This document shows, one piece after another, positions 10,920 to 21,700 of a stretch of 37,525 nt of DNA; the first letter of the stretch is position 1; each line of letters starts with the position of its first letter. The position numbers and the translations under genes were made by a program. The notes under the pieces are model-generated. The model searched no databases and was not told the origin of the DNA. It was given only the letters and a program-made list of their open reading frames with translations. Source of the stretch: Coniocarpon cinnabarinum (taxonomy: Eukaryota); the NCBI GenBank assembly GCA_051942205.1, contig JAVECO010000026.1, positions 124,001-161,525 on the forward strand, written 5' to 3'.

Positions 10920-12635
10920 ATGGAGCGCCGGAATTCCAGCCATCATGCAACTTGCCACTCCGTGGTAGACGACTACGATCTTCGTGAAAGAGAGGCTGCT
11001 ATCGACCGTGAACCTGCGCCTCAGTCCCGGCCTGCCAAAAAGACCTCTGTTTGCGCGAGCAGCGACAGCGGATATTCTTCCTCCTCCAAAACCTATAAAG
11101 ACATTTCCAGCTCCAGAGCCAGCTCCGGCCTGACGGTCACGCCCAACGCGCCGCCTTCAGCCTACAGAACTCCCACCACAGCCAATGTCACTTCGCAGGC
11201 TGCATCGACCTCGCGTTCGCAATCGAAGACACGGACCTCGAACCTGTCTCGGACACTTTCGAAGCGCGACCAACCCAGCATGCAACAGTCCGGTGGGAGA
11301 TGGGTTCCCCCCGGCGGCAGTGTGACCTCAACACGTTCCGCGCCGTCTCCAATGCCGCCTTCTGCTCCCAACACCGCTGCATATGCGCAGCCAGCCTTGG
11401 CTCCCAGCGCTCCACCATACGGCCCTGCGCCTGCAGCCATACCGCGACAGCGGCCTCCTCCGGCACCGAGGCCCATAAGCATCGCCACGCCTGGTGCTCA
11501 CATGTATCCACCACCACCATATCAGCATCATACGCCAGGCGGTTATTACCAGACGCCAGTGTTGACACATCAGCCACCCGCTCTGCCTCCAGCGCAAGCT
11601 CATATGCCGCCACCACCGCGTCCAGAGCCCCGGCCGGCGTCTCATGCAGGAGGCACAGGAGGTATGTGGGTCAGACATGATCCGGGAGCTGCACGCGTGT
11701 CCCATCCGCCGCCACCCGCAGTCAACACTTCTCGTCCTGCACTTCATCATCGGCCAACGGATGCCACAGTGGCCACAAATCGTCGTGCGTCTATGTACGG
11801 CGAGCCCGTCACGCATCAGAGCTCGACGCCTCCCACTTCGTACTACGATCCCATGCGAAGTTCTCGTCAGCCGGGATATCCACCTAACTCCTCAGCGCGC
11901 CAGTCACTCTATGGAACCTCACCTTACTACCCACCAGAAGGAGACTATTTCGATCGCGATCCAGATCGCACAGTACGTCCATCGCGCCGTGAGTCATCCG
12001 TGCGGCCGCCTCTCCCAGATTATCGCGCCGGTACGAGTAGGTCAGAAACCCATTACATTCCAGGGTCAGGGAGACATGCTCACAGCTCGATGGTGGTAGA
12101 AAGGACCACGCCGTCGATGGGCAGAGATGAGAAGATTGGCCGATACATAGCGGATGCGAGGCAATATCAAGATAACATGGACCGCAGCGCGGGGGCCGAC
12201 CCTGACGAGGACCTGGACGAGCACATGGGCAGGTTGGAGCTTGATGCGCCGCCGTCGCCGGTCAATCGTCGTTCGAGTCAGTCTCGCCATACAAGGAGCG
12301 TCAGTCGAGCCACCAGTAACTACAGTCGCGGCAGCACGGATGGTGGTATGGCCCGGTTCGAGATCGTCGGCAATGCCGTGGAGGTGAGCGGCGACACTGG
12401 AGGTCATCAAATTTCCATCTCTGCGGGCGAAAGCGGCAGGCCGACCATTACCCTCGGTTCGAGCAGTCCCACCCACACACGCGAGCGCAGTTACCCCGCT
12501 GAGAGCGTACGAAGTCATGCCAGCTATGCAGAGCGATCCCGGAGACGTTCCAGTTTGGTTAGCGCACCAGCGACTGAGGTCAGCGTTGCGTCGAGCAGCG
12601 GTCGTCGACGAGAGAGCGTCGCTCGACGGAAGTAA
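10920..12635 (+). CDS. Hypothetical disordered Pro/Ser/Arg-rich protein (~571 aa)
   Basis: 1.7-kb uninterrupted ORF with first ATG at 10920, preceded by a long pyrimidine-rich leader. Contains DSGYSS and PPPY motifs; no globular domain recognised. An extra 5' exon cannot be excluded. Confidence 0.75.
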   Translation: MERRNSSHHATCHSVVDDYDLREREAAIDREPAPQSRPAKKTSVCASSDSGYSSSSKTYKDISSSRASSGLTVTPNAPPSAYRTPTTANVTSQAASTSRSQSKTRTSNLSRTLSKRDQPSMQQSGGRWVPPGGSVTSTRSAPSPMPPSAPNTAAYAQPALAPSAPPYGPAPAAIPRQRPPPAPRPISIATPGAHMYPPPPYQHHTPGGYYQTPVLTHQPPALPPAQAHMPPPPRPEPRPASHAGGTGGMWVRHDPGAARVSHPPPPAVNTSRPALHHRPTDATVATNRRASMYGEPVTHQSSTPPTSYYDPMRSSRQPGYPPNSSARQSLYGTSPYYPPEGDYFDRDPDRTVRPSRRESSVRPPLPDYRAGTSRSETHYIPGSGRHAHSSMVVERTTPSMGRDEKIGRYIADARQYQDNMDRSAGADPDEDLDEHMGRLELDAPPSPVNRRSSQSRHTRSVSRATSNYSRGSTDGGMARFEIVGNAVEVSGDTGGHQISISAGESGRPTITLGSSSPTHTRERSYPAESVRSHASYAERSRRRSSLVSAPATEVSVASSSGRRRESVARRK

Positions 12636-13560
12636 CAGAGATGTCAAAAATCCGACTTGACTCGCAGTGCCCGGCGGTCGATGCTCGAATAAAAACCAGA
12701 GGCTTTGACAGCCCATACAGCCCAGAACAAATCACGGCTGGGGTCAATGAACCACCAGCTGATCCATTGAACGGCGGGATCTGCCGTCACCTGGTTCGAC
12801 AGAGTTTACGATCAATTTACGATTTCACGAGCACCACAGTTTCATCCTTATCCCTCACGACACGAACTTCACGACTCACGCAGCACGGCGTTCACGGGTT
12901 ATTCTGCTTTTGCGAATCTCTCGGGCGGCTTCCTTCCTAGAGCTTTGGTCAAAAGCGATAGACATAGGTATCCAGAGTCCCGGGTCTCACGGCCGTCATT
13001 TATTTTACATTACAGAAAAAAGCGCGTGCAAGCGCGCACACTGCAGCGCCGATTTTCCCTTTCCAACAAGCTTTTCGATATTTTGGTCATTTCCACAGCG
13101 TTTCTTGGACTACCATTTGGTCGTCGACTCGATCGACTCGACGGTTCAACCGATTTTATGACGATGTCGATTTCGTGATGATATATTTGAGGGATGCTGG
13201 TTTTCAAGGATGGAGTTTACGACTCAGTCACGGCGTATATGTGGATGTCCTTGATGAAAACACATGAGGTGGACGCGTCATGTACAGTACAATACCCCCC
13301 CTCCCACTTTGTTCCGTTATTTCAGATGCCGGTCACGATGCCACGTGCGACGTTAATGTGGAGGGTTTGTGTACATGAACAGATTTTGCCATGGCTTTTG
13401 AATGAAAATGTAGTTTGTTCTTGCACCACAATTTCCAGGCTTCACATGCTTCTCGATGAAATTGACTTTGTTTCCGAATTGGATTTCGCAGGCAGGACGT
13501 GGTGATCAGACACACCGGCTTTTGAATGGACTGTGTTGACGCATCATCCGGCCCATCGAC

Positions 13561-13669
13561 CGTGTTACTGATACGTGTTACTGATACATGTTACTGATAC
13601 GTGTTACTGATACGTGTTACTGATACGTGTTGCTGATACATGTTACTGATACGTGTTACTAATACGTGT
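13561..13669. repeat. 13-bp minisatellite (CGTGTTACTGATA)x8.4
   Basis: Eight full units from 13561; variants are CATG in units 3 and 7, TTG in unit 6 and TAA in unit 8. Confidence 0.97.
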
Positions 13670-13793
13670 CCGGACTCGAGGATCTCATTGCGAGAGGCTG
13701 GCTTATGTTACGTCTCACCACAACGCAATGAAACCACACACGTTCCAAAGGCGAAGTGGACACTCGCTCGACACTTATGTCCCGAGAACTTCA

Positions 13794-13990
13794 TATGCCT
13801 TTACACCCATATAACCGTATGTCTCTATACCAATAACCGTTTGTCTCTATACCAATATCCGTATGCCTTTAACCCATATAATCGTATGTCTCTATACCAA
13901 TAACCGTATGTCTTTAACCCATAACCTTATGCCTTTAACCCATATCCGTATGCCTTTAACCTATATCCTTATGCCTTTAACCCATATCCG
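13794..13990. repeat. 21-24-bp minisatellite, 9 units of two subtypes (TATGCCTTTAACCCATATCCG / TATGTCTCTATACCAATAACCG)
   Basis: Units start at 13794, 13818, 13840, 13862, 13885, 13907, 13928, 13949 and 13970. Confidence 0.93.
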
Positions 13991-14038
13991 TCCGTCGTAG
14001 CAACAGCGCCGTCCCCCTAGATAGCCCGACGCCTAGCC

Positions 14039-14119
<81 letters not shown>

Positions 14120-14150
14120 CCAACCAATCCTCAATCAATTCTCAATCAAT
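14039..14150. repeat. (ATCA)n tetranucleotide microsatellite, ~15 perfect units then degenerating
   Basis: Read directly. Confidence 0.97.
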
Positions 14151-14609
14151 CCTTAAGCCGCATAGCGAGCCCGTCGCATCATCTCGTGTCGTAGTTCAGG
14201 AACAGAGACAAGCGACTTCCCGGTTTGAAAAGTGATGACTTGACTGATGAATGTCATACAATATAGAAATAGGATCAATAGTAGATACCATGTAATAATA
14301 GCATTAATAGATATCCACCACGTTAAAAGCATAGCGGGCAAGTTGAGCGAAGAAGCATGACTGGCAAACGTGTACGAGCTCGATCAGGTGTGGAAATTAA
14401 TATGCACGCGATTTTCTGTCTAAAATGAAACAGAATCAAAATGCAATCAGAATGGAATCAAAATGGAATCATGAGGAGTCTGAGTAGTTTGAGATGCAGA
14501 TTCAATCTGATTCTGATTATGGTCTGTTTCACTCGTCTCAATTAATCCAATAGGAACCTGATCAGTCTCTCAATCGACGCACGTCCATGTCGTGATTGAG
14601 AATTCAAAT

Positions 14610-14670
14610 TTCGAGAATTCGAGAATTCGAGAATGAGAGTGAAGTGAAGTGAAGTGAAGTGTAGTGAAGT
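14610..14670. repeat. (TTCGAGAA)x3 followed by (GTGAA)x~6, downstream of the RRM gene
   Basis: Read directly. Confidence 0.85.
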
Positions 14671-14811
14671 ATGAGCGGGACCGAAAGTGAGCAGACCACC
14701 ATTTCTGTTCCCTCTTTCCCCGTGTTTCTTTTGCCCTTTTTTTCGCTGTCCATCCCGCAGGTCTAGCCCATCCCCACAGGTCGCGTCGAGAGATCACGCC
14801 GAACGGATCAA

Positions 14812-16440
14812 TCATTCAATCATATCGACATCTTCATCGATCGGTTCCACGCCCGTCGCCGGGACCGAAGCGTGAGGCTGCTCAATGGCACTTCCCAGTT
14901 CAGCCGCGGACATCTCTCCCATCTCACCAGCCACAGCATCATTCCCGCTCTCATTCGCAATGGCACCTGCATTTCCATTCGCAATCGCAGCGCCATCTCC
15001 GTTTGTCTCCCCGAAATAATCAACCATTTCACTATCCAGCTCTTCCACCGTCTTGCGCGGGCGTCCCTGCGCAACAGCGCGACCATCATCTCGACCCCTT
15101 CTTCCGCCTCCTTCGCCACCGCTGCCGCCGCCGCCGCGGCCTCGTCCACGTGCGTCCCGACGCTCACCCGGTCTCCGACCTGTGTCCCTGGTTGATCGTG
15201 CACGACGCGGGGACCTCGAGCGACTGGGCGGGACATAGCGATCAACCCCTCTATTTGCATCCGGCGAATGCGACCTCGCCCGCTGAATTCTTTCAAATAA
15301 ACTGCGACCCTCTCGCTCTGGACGCGTGACGCGGTCAGCCAAACTTCGCGACGGCACGCCGCGGTCGAAGCGATTCTGCTCGCGGTCTATGTTGTTGAGA
15401 CGAGGCGCTGCGGGTGGAGGAGCGGTAGAGGCGAAGGTCAGACGGATGGGCTGGCCAAAGGCGTTGGCGCCGTCGAATTCTCTGACCGCAGTGTGAGCGT
15501 CGCGCGCGTCGGCGTAGGTTACGTACGCGATTCCTCGGGAGCGGTCGGCGCGGTCGTAGAGGAGGGTGGTGCTTAATGGTGGGGCGATGCGGTTGAAGAG
15601 TTCCTTTCGATCGTTAGATCTCATGAATTGGATGACATTGTTTGACAGAAAGCTCTAGGGGCCAAGACGTACAGTGATTTCGCGCTCGGTGAGTTCATAG
15701 TGGAGGTTTTCAATGCGGAGCCGGGTGCCTTCTTGATTCCTAGCAGACGATGAGTGGGTTGGGCGTGAGGTCGCGCTGTATCAGGACTCACCGTGGAGCT
15801 TCGGGCTTCTCACGTTGGTAGCGTTCGTCTCGTGATGGTCGTGCTGTTGAAGAGTGTTAAAGTGGGCCAAGGCGACGCGCAAAAGATCAACGCACCGAAT
15901 CGGTCGTCTTCATAGCGATCGTGGACCCAGTCTCGGCTTCTGTGTATTAGCGTGGGGATCTTGAGGGGAGAAGCGCATTCATGCTTACTGGTCGATGTCG
16001 GATCGTGTATCTCTGGATCTAGGCTGTGTCGGCGCATGGCGCTCATGTTAGCTACTATCTTGGAGGATCATGCTGAGGTGCGTCGTTCGTCGTGCCCAGG
16101 GCATCCAGGAACTTCAAAGTTCGTACTCGAGCCGAAGAGAGGTGACTTGGACAGGGAGGGATAACCTAGTAGAAAAATCAGTCTATGTCACATTCGAACT
16201 TGAAGAACCTCGACTAGACTTACGTTTGCGAAAAGAGCAAGAGTGGTTGATCAACCAGTCTGTCGTACCTTTCTGATTCCGTCACGAGGACCATCGTCGT
16301 ATCTGCTACGTCCACCACCACGGGGACGTCCACTCCTCGCTCGCTGTAAGAGAATGTCAGCTTACAGGTGCTTGAGCTGGAATTGAGACTGGAGGATGTA
16401 CCTGGCGATCTACTATGGAGTCGTCCAGACTTCGATCCAT
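14812..16440 (-). CDS. ALYREF/Yra1/THOC4-family RRM protein with C-terminal FoP/UBM-like motif (~367 aa); complement(join(14812..15603,15673..15739,15792..15843,15896..15939,15989..16023,16269..16343,16402..16440))
   Basis: Splicing gives the N-terminal MDRSLDDSI motif, DWVHDRYEDD, an RRM (RLRIENLHYELTEREITELF...YDRADRSRGIAYVTY...AVREFDGANAFGQPIRL), an RGG-rich linker and RPRKTVEELDSEMVDYF. All six introns have GT donors, branch-like sites and AG acceptors with consistent phases. Confidence 0.9.
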
Positions 16441-16803
16441 GTCTAAGGTTTCTGATGCTTGCCTCAGCACAGCTTCACACTGATATATAGCAAGTTGGAG
16501 GGTCTTTGGCAACTGAGCGTGGTTTGAATACAAGCTCTGTGTAAGAGTGGAAACGAAGATTGCCCGTAGGTAGGTCGAATCCGTACTTCGCGGCCTCACA
16601 AGGCGCACGGTAAGCTATTCTACTTTTGGACAATGCGTTGCGCCTACGAGTCTTTCAGGTGGTGGCGTTGCAGACACACGATCTTCAAGTCACTTACGAC
16701 ACACTCAAGACAGAAACACGATTATATCCAAAGCATGAAGACTAGCTTGATACGCGCGGACAAAGATCTTCTCCAAGTCATTAGCCATCCATTGGCCCAA
16801 TAG

Positions 16804-17847
16804 CTACCTCCACAACCCATAGCCGCCCTCGCCGAACTTCCATAGCTTGACGGTGCCGTCTTCACTTCCAGTGGCATAGACTCTCCCATCAGAACTAAAG
16901 CATACACTCCAAACAGGACCGTGATGGCCTTTACCCACTTCGAGCTCCTCGCCAGTATCCAGATCATGCACATGCACCCAGGTGTCGTTTGCTGATCCCG
17001 TCACAAACTTCTTGGCGCCGAGATTGACTGCACAAGATGACACGTCCTGGGTCAAGTGATGCACCCGAGAAGGATGCGACGGTGCAAATGGTCGGTCAAA
17101 TAGATACACTGATTTGTTTGCAGCGACTGTGAGCAGGTTGCCATGCGCAGCCGACGTACCATTCACTGTGAATCCGTTGTTTGCCGTCGAGGTAGACGTC
17201 GAAAGTTCGCAACTATTGACGACGTCACCAACGCCATACTCTCCAGTCATTACACTTGTTCTTAGATCCCACCATCGGATGTTCTTGTCGTCTGATGCAG
17301 TGACAAGCATGTTCGGATCGTTCGGTGCCCATAAAATACTCCGAATAACACCTTGGTGCGTGCCCGGTGCGATTTCAAAGCTTGAGATGTCAGCGCCCCC
17401 ATTCGCTACCGCAGAATTTGCGCCATCAGCTGTCGCCCGGGAAAGGTCAAAGATTCGAAGCTTCTTTTCAGCACCTCCTGTGGCCAGCATGGTTGGTGAG
17501 GGCGCTGAGGGAAAGGCTACTGCTCGAACGATGTGCTCATGTTGTAACGTGTGTAATGCTTCCCCGGTGTGCGTATCCCACACCTTTGCAGAGAAGTCTG
17601 CTGAGCCTGTGACGGCGAGTTTGGCATCCGCTGATAATCTCGCCTGCCATACAGCACCTTTGTGGCCCAGGAAGGTGCCGATCCAATCACCGGTTGGCCC
17701 GTCTCGCAATATAGGGTTGTTGTCTTTGCAGGCGGAGATGGAATAGTACTGGTCGTCATCTGTGACGGTGGAAAAACTGATATGAGTCACTGGTCTCGAA
17801 TGACCATGGCACGTTAAAGGCACAACCTTGGTTGTCTCCGGCGCCAT
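16804..17847 (-). CDS. STRAP: WD40-repeat protein, STRAP/UNRIP (serine-threonine kinase receptor-associated protein) family, 347 aa, intronless
   Basis: Signature VPLTCHGHSRPV...SACKDNNPILRDG.TGDWIGTFLGHKGAVW and C-terminal GHHGPVWSVCFSSDG..YATGSEDGTVKLW. Confidence 0.93.
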   Translation of the reverse strand: MAPETTKVVPLTCHGHSRPVTHISFSTVTDDDQYYSISACKDNNPILRDGPTGDWIGTFLGHKGAVWQARLSADAKLAVTGSADFSAKVWDTHTGEALHTLQHEHIVRAVAFPSAPSPTMLATGGAEKKLRIFDLSRATADGANSAVANGGADISSFEIAPGTHQGVIRSILWAPNDPNMLVTASDDKNIRWWDLRTSVMTGEYGVGDVVNSCELSTSTSTANNGFTVNGTSAAHGNLLTVAANKSVYLFDRPFAPSHPSRVHHLTQDVSSCAVNLGAKKFVTGSANDTWVHVHDLDTGEELEVGKGHHGPVWSVCFSSDGRVYATGSEDGTVKLWKFGEGGYGLWR

Positions 17848-18707
17848 TTGTCAATAGACATATGTGATGCTGAATCCTCACGTACTTCAGCAATCAGCTA
17901 CACACTGGGAGTCGGACGATGAATGTAAAACAGGTGCTTTTCACAAAATCGGTTCAGCTTCGCCGGTCGAGACAATCTTGATTGTCGTTTGCAGCGAGCG
18001 AGCGAGGCAAGTGCTTGCAATTTTGAAGGCCTGATTTGTGTGGCAGCAAACTCCAGTGTCTGCAGAAGCTCAGATGCCAAGACCGTTCAGTCTCTGTTTT
18101 CACCGGAAATCCGCAGCAGAAGTGCAGCAAGGCGTAATTTTTCTGATATACAAATGTAAGGTCTCCAGGCTCTTAAGCTTTCAGAAATTGCATTGCGTTG
18201 GCGTAGCGAGCTTTCCCATGAGATGATGCGGGTTTGTACCACAAGAAGTACGGGTGTCCCAAAGCAGAAGTCACCTCTGACTCCGTGCCACCTAAGCTAG
18301 CTGAGACCCTGCAGATCACGCAGCATATGCCAGATGCCTGTACTCACTCATGCATGTTCTTCTCTAGATCTGCTCTTTTTCCGTCACCGCTCTCACTATA
18401 ATCCACGATAGATAGTCGCTGTTCGCCGTTAACGCAGTCTGTCCTTACCGCAAATGCACACAGGTAGAGCACAAGCTTCCGTGTCCAACGTTCGTTGTCA
18501 GCTGCAATACGTATTTAGCACGTTCTGGAGTAAGGACCCTTCCTGGCAGATTCAGACGAAAAGTCGATGCAAGATAAGTGTCTTTAAGGTGTAATGAGCA
18601 CACTCGTTTTTTCGACGGTCACGTGTACAGTGTAACCTGTAAGAAGGCTTGTGTGGGCCGATGTGAATTCAAAGAAGCCTCCTGGACAGTAGCATCACTG
18701 CGAAGAC

Positions 18708-21700
18708 ATGCCTCGTGGCGGAAGAGGCTCTCGTCCGCCGCGGGGTCACGATCGAGGCCAGTTCAGCCGGCAGCCATCAGCTTCCGCCGATGATGGTCAG
18801 GGCGGTAAGACTCGACCTTCCTCCATCAAGTGCATGAGACACCCGTAAAATTTGAATGAGTGTCAAATTAGGCTCAGCGCTAACACGCCTCCGTCACAGA
18901 GCTCAATGCTGGCCTGACGGAACGTTTTGGACGGGGTCCCGCGTTCAAGCAGCGAAACCAAAGCCAACAGACCCAACAGCCAATCCACAAAGCTAATGTG
19001 GAAGTCCAACGGTATTTCAGTAAAGCTAGAGTGGGAGTTGGCGCTCCACGATGGACAACGCGTCCAGAGGTTCCGACGCCTGAAGAGTTGCTGCCATACC
19101 CTTCTTTGCCAATGCAACCCTTCATGCCCAATACCTCTAACTCGCATGGCTGGTATCCGGAGTCCAAATCTGATTGGAATGAAAACCGCAATCAGGCGGC
19201 TGTCAGCCACAGTGATCAGAATGAGGTAGGTATAACTAGATTAGGCACCGAAAACGCCACCTCCTGGCAAGACAATCACGTACAGGGTGACGCTTGGGCT
19301 ACAGAAAGCAAAGCAACCGAAGCGTGGTCTACTCAACCAGCAAGTGGTGACGACTGGCACGGCGGCGCCAACGACCACGTTTGGGCGACTCAAGAGACCG
19401 GTGATGCGTGGGAAAATGACGCTTGGATCAATTCCAATCTCAACGGTGAAGCCGATGCCTGGCCAAGTCAGGGTCAAAGCAGCGCTGTCGAAGATTCGAT
19501 GCAATCCCACGGTGATGAAACTACGGGCAATGAGGACGATTTCTGGGGCTGCTCGGACTCTCCGGCTGTCAAAAGCAGTGTAAACGATAATCCTGTTGAC
19601 AAGAAGTGTGAGACAATAGAAGAGGACAACGCAGAGCACGCAAAACAAATAGCTGAGCCAACTGAGACTGATTTAGACGCTGCTTCGAGTTTACATGTCA
19701 AAGTTGTGGACACAGGTTCCTCGAGAGATGTCCAAGATGGTCCTTCAGACTTCATGAGCGAGGCTCGATCGGCCGATGTATGGAATGGTGAGGAGTCAAT
19801 CAAGGACGAATGGAACACTGAAGGCCCTCAAGATGATGCGTGGACGACACATGCAGATGCGAATGCAAGTCGGAGCATTCCAGCCGGTACCGAGCAGGGC
19901 TGGGGTACAGCTGTAGATGTCGACCCGTTGCAATCAACAAATAACGGTATTACGACAACTCATGAGGAAGATGACACCTTCGAGCGTTTTGAAAATGTCA
20001 GCAACATCATTCAAGGCCCATGGCCCTCCAAAATCGACTACCTGCGAAGTCATTATTTGCTCCTCCGAGAAGATGCTCTCAGGCCGCTCCGTGAAGCTGT
20101 GGAGCATGTGCGATCAATGACCGATTTGAATGAGAACCCAAGTCGGGCTACTGTTGGCATATATGATCAGGTCCAAGTGTGTGGGATTACCTTCGCAAAT
20201 CGAGGCCTAGGCATTCGCGTGAAATTCTCGTTGGGTCGAGTTGGAAAAAACATCCACTGGTCCCAGTCGAAGCGCCTCATAGCTGGTACGCTTGTCGTTC
20301 TGATGTCACCAGATCGAAGTATCTGCAAAGTGGCTACCGTGGCAGCACGACCACTTGAGCTGCTAGAGAAAAATCCACCAGAAGTTGATCTGTTCTTCGG
20401 CAGAGCTGAGGACCTGGACGTAGATTCCTCGCAGGATTGGATCATGATTGAAGAGCGAGGAAGTTTCTTTGAGGCACAACGTCACACTCTAGTGGCGCTG
20501 CAACGCATGGTTGACGAAAAGTTCCCTTTGCAAGAACATCTTGTGGATCTACAGACCTCGATTCGACCTCCACCGTACATTGGGAAAAGCCCAGTTCGTG
20601 ATCTACGACCAATCTCATCTCAAGACCACAATCAGCAGGTTCTCAAAAAGGTTGACGTTCTACAAGAGTGGCCTTCGAACATCCATCCGCACCTCGACGA
20701 ATCCCAGATGAACGCTCTCAAGACGATTCTCACTAAACGTCTGTCCATCGTCCAGGGCCCTCCGGGTACCGGCAAGACGTACGTCTCTGTCGAGGCCTTG
20801 AAGGTGATGCTGCAAAACCTTTGTCCAGATGATCCTCCAATTGTCATTACTTGTCAAACGAATCACGCCCTTGATCAGCTTCTCGGCCATGTGGCCCTAT
20901 TCGAGCCAAGCTACGTCCGCATTGGATCGAGATCTAGCTCCGAAGTAGTCAAGAAACGTACATTATACGAGCTGAAACGGGACCAAAAACCGCCACCTTT
21001 CAAAGCAATGCAAACGTGGCGCAAGCTCGAGAGTCAGATATCCAAGCTGATTGCGCCTCTCATCAAAGCCCCTGCAGGTCCGGAATCCAAAGACACTTTT
21101 GATCTCGAACTGCTCCGCGAACTCGGTGTTCTGTCCAATGAGCAATGCGACTCGGTGATAGAGGGCGCTAAGGTATGGGTCAGCTACGAAGAAGATGCTG
21201 ATGAACGCCCGCTTCTCAAATGGATTGGCAAACAACTGGAGCCCGTCAGACCGCGTCATCAACCTCTGTTGGTCGGATACGAAGAGATTGACGAGGGCAA
21301 TATTGGCTTCGAAGAGGTCCTGGAGCAGGAAGCCGAACAGGTCGTCAAAGAAGAGGACGATGAAATGGAAGGCCTGAAAGGGACCTTTTGGCCTATTGGT
21401 GATACTTGGACGGGTCGAGCTCTCGACAATGCGCAAGCTCGAAATCACGCCCGAGAGCTTTTGAAGAATTACACAGACCTGTGGAAAATCCGGACGCCTG
21501 ACAGAGGGAACGTCTATCGTCACATTCAACGAGAGGCGAAAATCAAGATTACCAATCGGCTGAGGCAGCTCTTTCCAGAATATGAGAAAGCTTGCCTGGA
21601 CCGCAAGGTACATCGTTTCGAGCATGAAGAGACGATCTTGAAGGAGAACAAAGTCATCGGTCTCACAACGACTGGTGTTTCCAAGTATCGCGGTCTCATT

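Noticed and set aside
13561..13990. Repeat arrays as a CRISPR-like array
   Set aside because: Units are directly adjacent with no unique spacers, there are no cas genes, and the context is eukaryotic.
13862..14020. 21-bp units translating as YAFNPYP repeats, a possible fungal RiPP/KEP precursor
   Set aside because: Mixed 21-24-bp units shift the frame and introduce stops; there is no signal peptide, no KR cleavage site and no nearby UstYa-type gene.
14150..14600. AT-rich tract with AATGGAATCA-like units as a RIP-degraded transposon
   Set aside because: Short, with no terminal repeats, target-site duplication or residual coding similarity visible; compatible with terminator/3'-UTR sequence.
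14610..14633. (TTCGAGAA)x3 as a heat-shock element
   Set aside because: The 8-bp period breaks the alternating nGAAn spacing, and it lies downstream of both flanking genes.
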